From: Candidatus Saccharimonadota bacterium
Lineage (GTDB): Bacteria > Patescibacteriota > Saccharimonadia > CAILAD01 > BJGX01
DNA length: 64,000 nt
Reading direction: 5' to 3'
Assembly: GCA_016191105.1 (NCBI GenBank)
Contig: JACPPH010000002.1
Span: 67,268-131,267 of the forward strand
Shown here: positions 1-10,039 of the stretch, in pieces
Position numbering within the stretch: the stretch's first letter is position 1
Layout: each line of letters opens with the position of its first letter
Program-made: the position numbers and the translations under genes
Notes under the pieces: model-generated
Database searches by the model: none
Seen by the model: the letters and a program-made list of their open reading frames with translations, nothing else
Told to the model about the DNA's origin: nothing

Positions 1-435
1 CTTCAAGGCCAGCTAGAGAAGGCCGGCGTCGACAAGCCCAAAGCAACCGCCCCTGCCGATGCTGCAGGTGGTAAGGTTATTGAGGGTCGATTTGATGGAC
101 AAAATATGATTGGTCCTGGGGATAAGGTTTACCCTGTACCAGCTAATTATGCTAGTAAGTCCAAGTTAGTTGAAGGCGATACCCTTAAACTTACCATTGC
201 TCAAGACGGTAGTTTTATCTATAAGCAGATAGGCCCAATAGAACGCAAAAAACTCATTGCCACAGTTGGTCTAGAAAACGGCCAGTATGTTGCTATCGCT
301 GGCGATAACCACTACCGAGTACTATATGCCAGCGTAACTTACTTTAAGGCTCAACCTGGCGACGAGGTAACGATTGTGATCCCTGCCCATGGCCAGGCTA
401 ATTGGGCGGCGATTGAAGCTGTAATTGGTAGCTAG
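1..435 (+). CDS. hypothetical protein (3' part; ORF open from the window edge)
   Basis: Frame 1 has no stop from nt 1 to the TAG at 433-435. I recognised no domain signature. Confidence 0.45.
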   Translation, partial: LQGQLEKAGVDKPKATAPADAAGGKVIEGRFDGQNMIGPGDKVYPVPANYASKSKLVEGDTLKLTIAQDGSFIYKQIGPIERKKLIATVGLENGQYVAIAGDNHYRVLYASVTYFKAQPGDEVTIVIPAHGQANWAAIEAVIGS

Positions 436-1008
436 TCAAATTTGTTTGTAGAACAAGACGGCCTGATAATTTCTTAGCCCGAATAAATCTATTGGTGGGT
501 GAGTACATGCCCTAGTAAAACCATTTTTGGTGTGCCAAATAATCGAGGCACAATTTGTTAGTGGCGCAGTGGCCACAATTGAGAATAAATGACTATATCC
601 TTCTTCTTTCAAGCTTTCAACGGCGTCCGTAAGCAGTTTCGTGGCTATGCCCCTACTCTACCTTTCAGAAGCAATATGATGAAGTGTTAATGCTGTGTCG
701 TCATTATAGTAGATGTTTTTTAGATCTTTACTAAACCACTCGATGTTATCGGCATCTTCTGGAAAATATTCTTCTTTGCTAATATCAATGTAGCCCACAA
801 CATCGCCGTCTTCTTCGGCGACTCTTAGCAACTTAGAGATTTTCATCCGATCACCAGCTGAAGCCTCCTCTGCACTGACAGTGAAACCTCTTTGCTGAAC
901 CTCAGCACCGTATGCAGGATCCCCACTCTTAGTCACGTCTAGGACATACTTATCGTGGAGCGCCTGTATATGATCAACGTCGTGAGCTTCTGCTGGTCGA
1001 ATAATCAT
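436..1008 (-). pseudogene. GNAT family N-acetyltransferase interrupted by an in-frame TAG (658-660)
   Basis: The 116-aa ORF 658..1008 has a GNAT N-terminal half. The same frame continues past the TAG to the TGA at 436-438 and encodes '...SRGIATKLLTDAVESLKEEGYSHLFSIVATAPLTNCASIIWHTKNGF', which matches GNAT motif A/B. The stop sits inside the Q/R-x-x-G-x-G/A region. Confidence 0.6.
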
Positions 1009-1100
1009 TCTTATATGTTATCACAGCCAATGTACTGTAAAATATGGCCGTAGTATAATGGATTTATGAGAGGGGGATTTTTTAGATTTCGCGCTTAGCA

Positions 1101-2528
1101 TTGTATCGCAAATATCGCCCAGCCGAGTTTAACGAGGTGGTTGGCCAGGAACACGTTACCAAAACCCTGCAGGCCGCTATTAAAAAGGGAGTGGTTTCGC
1201 ATGCCTATTTATTTGCTGGCCCGCGCGGTACCGGCAAGACTACTGTGGCTCGCAATCTGGCCCGCGGCGTAAACAAGCTCATGGGCGACCAAGAGCTAAG
1301 TAGCTATCTAGACGTAATAGAAATCGATGCTGCTAGTAACCGGGGAATTGACGAAATTCGAGCTCTGCGCGACACCATAGCAACCGCCCCCGCCCAACTT
1401 GATTACAAAGTTTATATAATCGACGAGGCACACATGCTAACTCGCGAGGCCTTTAACGCCCTACTTAAAACGCTAGAAGAGCCACCCAGCCATGTAATAT
1501 TTATATTGGCTACCACCGAGGCCCATAAGCTACCCGAGACCATTGTGTCGCGCACCCAGCGCTATGACTTTCGGCCAATCGGCCAAGCTGGCATGCTAAC
1601 TAGGCTTCGAGAAATTGCTCAAGCCGAGAGCATTAAAATTAGCCAGGACGGTCTAGAGGCGATCGCGGCTTTTAGCCACGGCGGCTTTCGCGATGCCATT
1701 GGTTTGCTCGACCAGTTGTCGGTTATGGATGAGGAGATTACGGCTGAACAGGTGGGGCAGTTTTTGGGTCGTGTTACTGAGGCTGATTTGAAGAAGTTAT
1801 TACTAAGTCTACAAGCTGGTGACGCCAATGGCGGCCTGGAACAGCTAAAGGCTATTTTAGCAGGTGGCTACGATGGCCTGGTGGTTACCCAGCAACTGCT
1901 AGATTTATTAAGGCTTCAGCTTTTGCAGGCCAGCCAGCAAGACAACAAAGTCAACCTGGCCTTTACAAGAACGGCTATAGAGGCCCTGGCCCAAGCCCTG
2001 GTCGGTTTTAAAATAACAACGCACCCGAGCCTACCGTTGGAACTGGCAATAGTGGAAATAGCTCTGGGGCCACTAGAGGCTAGACCCGTAGACGACCAAG
2101 CTCAGTCTGCGAATACCTCCCAAGCTACCACCAAAAGCTCAAGTCCAGCTACTGACCCTCAAAAATCAAAGCCGTCAGCTCCAACTAAAAACAATCCCGA
2201 GGCTGAGCGGCTTTGCACCAAGGCTCTTAGCCTTATTAAGCAGCACAACAACTCACTCTACGCTGTCTTGCGTTCGGCCAAGTACCATATGGATGGTGAT
2301 AATTTTGTAGTAACTTGTAGATTTAGCTTTCACAAAGAGCGCATAGAGGAACCTCGTAATAAGGCGCTAATAGAAAAAGCTATGACCAAAGCATTTGGGC
2401 GACCAATTGAATTGCAGTGTAAACTTGAGGATACTAGTATGTCTAATGTCGAACCCGACAGCAAAGACAGCGAGCTCATAAGTTCAGCCATGGCCATACT
2501 TGGAGGGGAGTTGGTTGATGGCGAATAA
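1101..2528 (+). CDS. dnaX: DNA polymerase III subunit gamma/tau
   Basis: N-terminus 'YRPAEFNEVVGQEHV..', Walker A 'GPRGTGKTT', 'IIDEAHML'. TTG start. Confidence 0.9.
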   Translation: MYRKYRPAEFNEVVGQEHVTKTLQAAIKKGVVSHAYLFAGPRGTGKTTVARNLARGVNKLMGDQELSSYLDVIEIDAASNRGIDEIRALRDTIATAPAQLDYKVYIIDEAHMLTREAFNALLKTLEEPPSHVIFILATTEAHKLPETIVSRTQRYDFRPIGQAGMLTRLREIAQAESIKISQDGLEAIAAFSHGGFRDAIGLLDQLSVMDEEITAEQVGQFLGRVTEADLKKLLLSLQAGDANGGLEQLKAILAGGYDGLVVTQQLLDLLRLQLLQASQQDNKVNLAFTRTAIEALAQALVGFKITTHPSLPLELAIVEIALGPLEARPVDDQAQSANTSQATTKSSSPATDPQKSKPSAPTKNNPEAERLCTKALSLIKQHNNSLYAVLRSAKYHMDGDNFVVTCRFSFHKERIEEPRNKALIEKAMTKAFGRPIELQCKLEDTSMSNVEPDSKDSELISSAMAILGGELVDGE

Positions 2529-3861
2529 ACCAGATAGCATGAGAATGCCGCCCCAAAACATTCAGGCCGAGTCGAGCCTGCTGGGCTCCTTACTGCTTGA
2601 CCGAGACGCTATTATCAAGGTGGCCGATCTAGTGGCGACCGATGATTTTTATGTCGAAAAAAACGGCATGATTTTTGCCGCTGTACTGTCTCTATACGAA
2701 AAACGTCAACCAGTCGATGTGGTAACGCTGTCCAGCTTCTTAGAAGACAAAAAGCAACTCGATACAGTGGGCGGGGCCACTTATCTGACAGAGCTTGTAA
2801 ACTCGGTGCCGTCGGCGGCGCATGTACAACAATACGCCCAAATTGTTGCTCAAAAGGCCACATTAAGGCGCTTGATAGTGGCTTCTAGCGAAATTAACAA
2901 ACTGGCCTACGACGAATCTGCGGTTCTGGAATCGGTGCTCGATACCGCCGAGCAAACACTGTTTAATGTTAGCCAAAAGCATCTCAAGCAGAACTTTACA
3001 CCCATAAAGGATGTGTTGGTTGAGAGTTTTGACCGCCTGGATAGTCTTCACAAAGACAAAAATAAACTACGTGGTGTGCCCACGGGCTTTAAAAGCTTAG
3101 ATAATTTGCTAGCCGGCCTGCAAAAGTCTGATCTGATAATCTTGGCAGCTAGACCAAGTTTAGGAAAGACCTCGCTGGCGCTTAACATGGCTCAGCATAT
3201 TGCTACAAAAGAGGGCGTGCCGGTTGGAATCTTCAGTCTCGAGATGAGCAAAGAGCAGTTGATTGACCGCTTGTTAGCAGCTGAGGCCGGCATAGACAGC
3301 TGGAAGCTGCGTACCGGGAACTTAGAGGATAGTGATTTTGAGCGAATTAATAAAGCCATGGGGATATTATCTGAGGCGCCAGTATATATTGACGACTCAG
3401 CCATGGCCAATGTTCTAGAAATGCGCACTAAAGCCAGGCGGCTTCAGGCCGAGCACGACTTGGGCCTGATAATCATTGACTATTTACAGCTTATGAGTGG
3501 CCGCCAAGCTTATGGTGAAAACCGAGTTCAGGAAATATCAGAAATTTCACGCGGGCTAAAAGGGCTAGCCCGCGAGCTCGATGTGCCGGTAATTGCCCTA
3601 AGTCAGCTTAGTCGGTCGGTCGAGATGCGCTCGCCCAAGATACCACAGCTGTCTGACCTGCGTGAATCAGGCAGTATTGAGCAAGACGCCGACGTGGTGA
3701 TGTTTATATATCGCGAGGATTATTATGAAACCGACACGGAGCGCAAAAACATTGCCGACATTTTGGTTAAAAAGCATCGCAATGGCCCAACTGGCGATAT
3801 CGAACTGTTCTTCAACAAAGAACAGATGCTGTTCAGAAGCTTAGATCGTACTCACAAGTAA
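2518..3861 (+). CDS. dnaB: replicative DNA helicase DnaB
   Basis: 'NIQAESSLLGSLL', Walker A 'ARPSLGKTSLALNMA', 'IIIDYLQLM'. The ATG at 2518 is preferred over the TTG at 2500. Confidence 0.9.
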   Translation: MANKPDSMRMPPQNIQAESSLLGSLLLDRDAIIKVADLVATDDFYVEKNGMIFAAVLSLYEKRQPVDVVTLSSFLEDKKQLDTVGGATYLTELVNSVPSAAHVQQYAQIVAQKATLRRLIVASSEINKLAYDESAVLESVLDTAEQTLFNVSQKHLKQNFTPIKDVLVESFDRLDSLHKDKNKLRGVPTGFKSLDNLLAGLQKSDLIILAARPSLGKTSLALNMAQHIATKEGVPVGIFSLEMSKEQLIDRLLAAEAGIDSWKLRTGNLEDSDFERINKAMGILSEAPVYIDDSAMANVLEMRTKARRLQAEHDLGLIIIDYLQLMSGRQAYGENRVQEISEISRGLKGLARELDVPVIALSQLSRSVEMRSPKIPQLSDLRESGSIEQDADVVMFIYREDYYETDTERKNIADILVKKHRNGPTGDIELFFNKEQMLFRSLDRTHK

Positions 3862-3909
3862 ATTTTTTGGCTATCGTCACAAAAGTCGTTATAATAAACA
3901 TTAATTCTT

Positions 3910-4446
3910 ATGCCTAAAAAGAAATCATCTAGTGAAGTAGCTCAATTAATTAGGTTCGTAGCGGTGGGCGTGGTTAACACGCTGGTTGATTTTGTGGTTC
4001 TAAATGTGCTGGTAGTCACGCTACTGCCCAAAACAGCTAGCTTTGGTAACCTTGTGGTATCTGGCCAAATGATTAGCTTGAATGGAGTGGTCGTGGCTGG
4101 TGTTATATCTGGCACTGTGGCCATGATTGTTAGTTTTTTGCTAAACTCTCGCTTTACTTTTCGTATTCGTCATGTGGCTCGCAAGAGGATAGTTTACTTT
4201 TTTACTATTACTGCTTTCGGGCTTTACATTATTAGACCGGCTATCTTAAAAATAATGACCGGTGCCTGGGTATGGCCATCGACAGTGGTTTATAAGATTA
4301 CAAGCTTTTTGCGCTTGCCATTTAGCCAAAGCTTTGATGAACGAAATACTGCCCTAGCAGCAGCTATTTTAATAGTACTGAGCTATAATTACCTAATGTA
4401 TAAATACTTTGTGTTTGTAGATGAAAAGCAAGTCAAACAAGCTTGA
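3910..4446 (+). CDS. GtrA-family polysaccharide-synthesis membrane protein (flippase-like)
   Basis: N-terminus 'VAVGVVNTLVDFVVLNVLV' is typical of GtrA. Four TM helices. Confidence 0.7.
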   Translation: MPKKKSSSEVAQLIRFVAVGVVNTLVDFVVLNVLVVTLLPKTASFGNLVVSGQMISLNGVVVAGVISGTVAMIVSFLLNSRFTFRIRHVARKRIVYFFTITAFGLYIIRPAILKIMTGAWVWPSTVVYKITSFLRLPFSQSFDERNTALAAAILIVLSYNYLMYKYFVFVDEKQVKQA

Positions 4447-5992
4447 GACCTTTAAGAAATATCTGCCGCTAATCCTGCTGCTGTTAGTTATTGGTTTGGC
4501 AGTGTTCTTTAGGTTCTGGCAGTTGTGGAAATTGCCGCCCGGGCTTCATCCCGACGAAGCTGCGAATGGCCTAGATATTTTCAAGATGTTCGATCGTTAT
4601 GACTTTCGGATTATTTATAACACCAATGGTCCTAGAGAAGCCCTGTTTTTTTATTTGCAAGCAATTTTTGTAGCCTTTATGGGCAGCACAACACTAGCCT
4701 TGCGAATGGCGCCGGCTCTTGGCGGAGTGGCAGCGGTGGTGGTTGTTTATTTCTTGGCCAAAGATTGGTTTGGTCGCCGTGCGGGCTTATTGGCGGCCTT
4801 TATTATGGCTGTAAACCCATGGGCCGTGATAATCACTAGAGATGGTTTTAGAGCCAGCCTGGTGCCTTTGTTTGTGGCTCTAACTGCGTTGCTGGCAGGC
4901 AAAGCCTACAAAACCTCGCGGATTGTGTATTTTGTGTTGGCCGGAGCTGTTTTTGGGCTTGGTTTTTATAGCTATACAGCCTTCTCGTTGTTTTCCCTGG
5001 TGCCTGCGGCTGGGTTGATTTATATGCTGCTTTTCAGGCGCCTCTGGCTAAGGGCAAATTTAAAAAAGCTTGGCATAGCCCTACTTACAACCTTGATAGT
5101 TCTAACACCACTTGTTGTTACAATTGTTCGGAATCCTGGCGATTCAGTTGCCCGGGCTGGCGGTACCAGCGTGCTTAATAGTCAGCTCAATGGTGGCCGG
5201 CCGCTGCAAGCGTTTGCTAGCGGTGTTGGTAAGACGTTGCTCCAATACAATCTGTTTGGCGATGAAAATCCGCGCCACAATGTACCGGGCGAACCACTGC
5301 TGAATACGTTTGTAGGTATTATGATGATTCTGGGCTTAGGCGTTTGTTTTTTACGTTTCAAGCGCATTGCTTACGCGGCCACTATAGCCCTGTTCTTTGT
5401 TATGATGTTGCCGGCGGTTTTAACGGCCGAAAGCCTGCCCCATGCCTTGCGCAGCGTTGGCACCGAAGTTGGAGCCTTTCTGCTAGCCGCCATTGGCATT
5501 AACTATTTACTTCAAAAGTGGTATAAAACATTTCCGGTTAATGCACCGGCTCGCAATTTGGGCCTGGTCTTGATTTGCGGCCTGCTGGTGTTGACCGCAG
5601 TTCAGGGCTACCGGGCCTATTTTGTGGCTTGGGCTCAGGACCCCGAAACATATTCTGCTTATTCAGAAAACATGACTTCAATCGCCAACTACCTTAACAG
5701 TTCTAAAGGCAGTGACCGCAAATATTTGGTAGCAGACGAATACAGCGCCAAACCTGTCGAATATCTAACTCACTATAAATCGTCTTATGATCTTTTAGAT
5801 CAAGCTTCTTTGCGCAGCCTACCGCTTACCAACGGCCAGAAATTGTTTATTATTCCGGCTGGTGACCAATCCAGCTCCGAAATCGATTTAATAAAAAGTA
5901 AATTTCCTGGTGGCACAATAACACCGCGCTATTCTGATTTTAGCGGAAAGGCTCTATTCTACACCTACGAGGTGAACTACAGTGGCAGTTGA
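4421..5992 (+). CDS. ArnT/PMT-like (GT39/GT83) membrane glycosyltransferase
   Basis: Multi-TM protein. 'HPDEAANG' resembles the aminoarabinose/mannosyltransferase DE motif in the first periplasmic loop. Confidence 0.7.
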   Translation: MKSKSNKLETFKKYLPLILLLLVIGLAVFFRFWQLWKLPPGLHPDEAANGLDIFKMFDRYDFRIIYNTNGPREALFFYLQAIFVAFMGSTTLALRMAPALGGVAAVVVVYFLAKDWFGRRAGLLAAFIMAVNPWAVIITRDGFRASLVPLFVALTALLAGKAYKTSRIVYFVLAGAVFGLGFYSYTAFSLFSLVPAAGLIYMLLFRRLWLRANLKKLGIALLTTLIVLTPLVVTIVRNPGDSVARAGGTSVLNSQLNGGRPLQAFASGVGKTLLQYNLFGDENPRHNVPGEPLLNTFVGIMMILGLGVCFLRFKRIAYAATIALFFVMMLPAVLTAESLPHALRSVGTEVGAFLLAAIGINYLLQKWYKTFPVNAPARNLGLVLICGLLVLTAVQGYRAYFVAWAQDPETYSAYSENMTSIANYLNSSKGSDRKYLVADEYSAKPVEYLTHYKSSYDLLDQASLRSLPLTNGQKLFIIPAGDQSSSEIDLIKSKFPGGTITPRYSDFSGKALFYTYEVNYSGS

Positions 5993-6752
5993 TTTAAGTA
6001 TAGTTATACCGACCTTAAACGAAGCCAAGCGAATAGACTCAGCTCTTAGGGAGTTGTCAGCTTATTTGCGCAAGCAAAAGCAATCAGTTGAGGTAATAAT
6101 TGTGGATCTACATAGCCCTGACGGCACGGCCGAGCTTGCCAAAAAACAGGCCAAGGCATTTGAGAGTCTAAAAGTTATTGATGCTGGGCCTAGGCCAAAG
6201 GGTAAGTTCCTTAAGGGCAAGCAGGTTAAATTGGGGGTAATGGCTGCCAAGGGTCGCTACATTATGTTTATGGATGCCGACCTGGCGACTCCACTCAAGT
6301 ATATCGACAATGTATTTGCGCTTATGAAAGAAGAGAAACCGATAGCCATTTGTGTGCGTGACTTGCAAAGTAGCCATACCGGACTGCGTAAGTTTATCTC
6401 TGGGGTAGGCAACTTTTTGGTTCAACTAATCCTGCTGCCGGGGATAAAAGACACCCAGTGTGGCTTTAAGGTTTTTGAGGCAGAGGCCGCTCGCCAAATA
6501 TTTAAACGACAACGGGTTGTTAGTTGGGGGTTCGACATGGAAGCTTTGGCTATTGCCCGCCGGCTGGGCTATAGAATAGATACTATCAGTGTGCCCGATT
6601 GGCACGATGTGGCCGGCGGTTCATTTGGCGGCAAGGCCATTAAATCTACCCTACAGACATTTTTTGATCTGGTAAGGATAAAGTGGTGGCTGATAACAGG
6701 TCGCTACAACAAGGCACGGGGCCATGGTGCAGAATCAGCCGAAATCGCTTAA
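5982..6752 (+). CDS. GT2 glycosyltransferase (polyprenol-phosphate sugar synthase-like)
   Basis: 'LSIVIPTLNEAKRI' and the 'FMDADL' DxD motif. Confidence 0.8.
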   Translation: MAVDLSIVIPTLNEAKRIDSALRELSAYLRKQKQSVEVIIVDLHSPDGTAELAKKQAKAFESLKVIDAGPRPKGKFLKGKQVKLGVMAAKGRYIMFMDADLATPLKYIDNVFALMKEEKPIAICVRDLQSSHTGLRKFISGVGNFLVQLILLPGIKDTQCGFKVFEAEAARQIFKRQRVVSWGFDMEALAIARRLGYRIDTISVPDWHDVAGGSFGGKAIKSTLQTFFDLVRIKWWLITGRYNKARGHGAESAEIA

Positions 6753-8214
6753 GCGGCCAATAATTAGACATTCGGCTATTGTGGTCGGTTTACTAACCCT
6801 GCTCGGCGTGGCTATAAGGTTTAGTTTTATTGCCAAGGCTAGCATTTGGCACGATGAGGCTTTCAGTATAATGCTGGCGAGCCGCAACCCGTTTAGTATT
6901 TGGGCATTGACGGCTCGCGATGTTCACCCGCCGCTTTATTATGAGCTGCTCCATCTATGGATTAATTTGTTTGGTCGCAGCGAGCTGGCAGTCCGCAGCT
7001 TGAGCGCTGTTGCTGGCGCGGCCGTAATCCCGATTGGTTATGTAGTGGCCAAAAAAGCTGCTGGTAGGAGAGCCGGCTATTTTGCACTAGTTTTTCTGGC
7101 TTTGGCGCCATTCCTGATTCGTTACTCGCAAGAGGCGCGCATGTATGGCTTGCTTGGTCTCGAACTGCTGCTAGCACTCTGGGCGGTTATGAATATTGTC
7201 AATAAACCAAGACAGTTTTGGGCTTATGCGGCCTTTGCCACAACCATCACCGCTGGTCTGTACACCCATTATTTTACGGTTTTGGCTGTTTTTAGCCTCT
7301 GGGCTTACCTGATTCTGTTACAGCCATTTAAGCAGTGGAGGCTCGAAAAAACCATTTGGCTAAGCTGGCGGTGGTGGGCGGCAAACATTGTAGCCTTAGT
7401 TTTGTTTCTACCTTGGCTGCCCAGTATGTTGGCGCAGCTCAAGCGCGGCCAAGGCCTAAGCTGGTTGCAACCAACCAGCACTAGAACCGCATTTGACACG
7501 GTGTGGCAATTTCTAACCTTTACCGATGGCCGCTTAACAAATATAGCTTATTGGCTAGTTGGCTTGGTCGTGGTCGCGATGATGGTATGGCTTTGGCAGG
7601 GCGATAAAACCAAACAACGGTTTACTCGCTTAGTAGTGCTGTACACGGCTCTGCCAATTACGATTGGCATTGTGGTGTCGTTGTTTAAGCCAGTGTTCCA
7701 TGAGCGTTATTTTGCCTTTGCAGCGATCGGCTTTTATATTTTACTGGCTTTAATGGTGGACAGGATTTACCGGCTCAATCTCTGGCTGGCCATAGTGGCG
7801 GGGCTGCTGATTTGTGCTGTTGAAGTTGTCGGCATTCGTAACGTTTATGCACAGAGCAATCACCAAATGCGAGCTGAAATGGCGGTGCTAAACGATGGCT
7901 TTCGACCGGGCGATATTATTGTTTCGGGCGAGCTCTACACTTATTTTGATAGTACCTACTACAACTCTACTGGCCAGCGTTTATTGCTTTATACGGGAGT
8001 TGCCGGCAGACCCAATGGCTATGGCGAGTCGAGTCTTATATACGATCAAAACGTCTATCTGGATAGTTATACAGAAATCCCAGTTGGTTCAAGGGTGTGG
8101 CTGGTGGGCAAAACCGGCGATCGCAGCTATTACAGCCAGGTGCCGGCCAGCTGGCAGCTGCAACAGCAGTCTGAGTCGGGCTATAGCGAAGTCCGACACT
8201 ACCTGGTAAAATAA
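6724..8214 (+). CDS. ArnT/PMT-like (GT39-type) membrane glycosyltransferase, second copy
   Basis: Multi-TM protein with 'WHDEAFS' and 'VHPPLYY' motifs. Confidence 0.65.
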   Translation: MVQNQPKSLKRPIIRHSAIVVGLLTLLGVAIRFSFIAKASIWHDEAFSIMLASRNPFSIWALTARDVHPPLYYELLHLWINLFGRSELAVRSLSAVAGAAVIPIGYVVAKKAAGRRAGYFALVFLALAPFLIRYSQEARMYGLLGLELLLALWAVMNIVNKPRQFWAYAAFATTITAGLYTHYFTVLAVFSLWAYLILLQPFKQWRLEKTIWLSWRWWAANIVALVLFLPWLPSMLAQLKRGQGLSWLQPTSTRTAFDTVWQFLTFTDGRLTNIAYWLVGLVVVAMMVWLWQGDKTKQRFTRLVVLYTALPITIGIVVSLFKPVFHERYFAFAAIGFYILLALMVDRIYRLNLWLAIVAGLLICAVEVVGIRNVYAQSNHQMRAEMAVLNDGFRPGDIIVSGELYTYFDSTYYNSTGQRLLLYTGVAGRPNGYGESSLIYDQNVYLDSYTEIPVGSRVWLVGKTGDRSYYSQVPASWQLQQQSESGYSEVRHYLVK

Positions 8215-8238
8215 CTAATTGTTTTAAGGAGACCCTAG

Positions 8239-8547
8239 ATGAGTATGATGGATAAGGCCAAAATGGCCCAAAAAGCTCTTAAACTGCAAAAAGAACTCAA
8301 GCGCCTAAGCATAGAAACCGAAGCTGGCGACGGCTTGGTGCACGTCACGGCCGGCATTGCTATTAGCTCCAGCAGTATGAATGTTGAGATTCGCGATATC
8401 AAGATCGATGAAAGCGCAACCGAAGACCTAGATAGATTGCAAGATCTGCTGGCTAGTGCTATCAACAAGGCCAACAAAGAGATTATGGCCGAAGCTACCG
8501 AGAAGATGCAGGCTATAGCTGGTGGGCTCGGCTTGCCTGGCATGTAG
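8239..8547 (+). CDS. ybaB: YbaB/EbfC nucleoid-associated protein
   Basis: 102 aa with a C-terminal 'GGLGLPGM'. SD 'AAGGAG'. Classical ybaB-recR linkage. Confidence 0.85.
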   Translation: MSMMDKAKMAQKALKLQKELKRLSIETEAGDGLVHVTAGIAISSSSMNVEIRDIKIDESATEDLDRLQDLLASAINKANKEIMAEATEKMQAIAGGLGLPGM

Positions 8548-8742
8548 CTGTCGGCTGTAAGCTGGAACGAATAGCTGCGTCTAATTTTTGACTTTCACTC
8601 ATCGTACCTTTTGTGCGATTCATTTCGAGTCTCAAATTATCCTTGCACTTCATTCCAATTTTTGAGCCTTAACATTTTCACTAAATCTGAAATACAATCG
8701 AGCTTATGGTATTATAAACAGAAGCTTTAAAAAGGTGGGTTT

Positions 8743-9336
8743 TTGGATATTTTGCCAGAGGGGGTAACCCAATTAATTGAAGAGTTTTCCAAATTACCAT
8801 CGGTTGGCCCGAAAACGGCCGAGCGGCTGGTTTTTTATTTGCTCAAAAGTGATGACTACGAGGGTTTGGGTCGGGCTGTGCTCGAGCTCAAACAGGGCCT
8901 ACAAAACTGCGAGGTCTGTCGTAACTTTGCCACCTCGAGCCGGTGCTCCATTTGCGCCAATCATAGCCGCGATCAAAAGTTGATATGTGTGGTGTCGCAG
9001 CCACTCGATATTGTGGCTATCGAAAAAACTAGCCTATACAAAGGCACCTACCATGTTTTACATGGCGTAATCAGTCCGGTAGAGGGTATTGGCCCCGACG
9101 ATTTAGAGCTTGAGAGCTTATTCGAGCGAGTGCGCAAGCTAAATCCAGAAGAAATTATTTTGGCCACCAACCCTAACCTAGAAGGCGAGACTACGGCGCT
9201 GTATATCTCTAAAAAACTTAATGATTTTGATGGTAAGATTACCAAGCTGGCTCATGGCTTACCGATCGGGGCTGATCTAGAGTACGCCGACCAAATGACG
9301 CTTGGCCGAGCGCTCAACAATCGATTGAGCTTTTAA
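8743..9336 (+). CDS. recR: recombination protein RecR
   Basis: HhH 'LPSVGPKTAERL', C4 zinc finger 'CEVCRN..CSIC', Toprim domain. Confidence 0.9.
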   Translation: MDILPEGVTQLIEEFSKLPSVGPKTAERLVFYLLKSDDYEGLGRAVLELKQGLQNCEVCRNFATSSRCSICANHSRDQKLICVVSQPLDIVAIEKTSLYKGTYHVLHGVISPVEGIGPDDLELESLFERVRKLNPEEIILATNPNLEGETTALYISKKLNDFDGKITKLAHGLPIGADLEYADQMTLGRALNNRLSF

Positions 9337-9413
9337 ATGCTAGATTTTCAGGTACTAATATGCTATTATAGTGTCCGAATCAATCCGCACCACCAAGAAA
9401 GTAGGTAAGAGTC

Positions 9414-9896
9414 ATGCTCCGAGGAATCCATCCGCTTCTGACGGGTGAGCTGTTGCATTGCATTAGCGACATGGGTCACGGTGACACCATAGTGATTGGC
9501 GATGGCAACTTCAGCTCCGATGCCGATGCCCGTGCGGGCAACTGTTTCACGGTCGAGCTGTGGGGCTACAACACACTCGAGATTGTACGCCAGATCCTTG
9601 GATACATGCCGCTCGACGACAAAGACGGGCCTAGCGTCCACTTCATTGCCGAGACAGGGGATGAGCCATGGGAAGCGCACGCCGTCTGGATCCGTGCCAA
9701 CTCCAACCTGGCCCACTGGGCCAGGCAGATGGGCAAGGAGCTCACAGACGTCGTGTCGATGCTGCCACGAGCCGAGTTCCACGAGCTAGCTCGCCGGGCT
9801 TACGCCATCGTGCTTACCAACGATCCGACCCACTACGCCTACTTTGCCCTACGCAAGGGTGCTCTGCCTGAGCCAGAACAGGTGAGCGTGGGTTGA
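9414..9896 (+). CDS. RbsD/FucU-family sugar mutarotase (high-GC islet)
   Basis: 'MLRGIHPLLTGELLHCISDMGHGDTIVIGD' aligns with the N-terminus of E. coli FucU, and the C-terminal 'RAYAIVLTND..YAYFALRKG' also matches. GC is about 60% against roughly 47% in the flanks. Confidence 0.75.
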   Translation: MLRGIHPLLTGELLHCISDMGHGDTIVIGDGNFSSDADARAGNCFTVELWGYNTLEIVRQILGYMPLDDKDGPSVHFIAETGDEPWEAHAVWIRANSNLAHWARQMGKELTDVVSMLPRAEFHELARRAYAIVLTNDPTHYAYFALRKGALPEPEQVSVG

Positions 9897-9973
9897 CCCC
9901 CACACAGTCCTTCACGCTGCGCGTCCTGCCCAGTATGGAGGACGCGTTGCATTAAAGGCACCCTCTCTTTACC

Positions 9974-9998
9974 AACCTAAGGGTACGACCCTTAGGTT
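9974..9998. repeat. perfect 10-bp inverted repeat AACCTAAGGG-tacga-CCCTTAGGTT
   Basis: Seen directly. It follows a second hairpin at 9920..9946 at the right edge of the high-GC islet. Confidence 0.8.
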
Positions 9999-10039
9999 AA
10001 GGTAGCATCATGTGCAGGAGATGCTCTATACTTATATGC

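Noticed and set aside
8235-8543. 102-aa minus-strand ORF exactly mirroring ybaB
   Set aside because: It is a shadow ORF antisense to a well-supported YbaB gene that has its own SD sequence.
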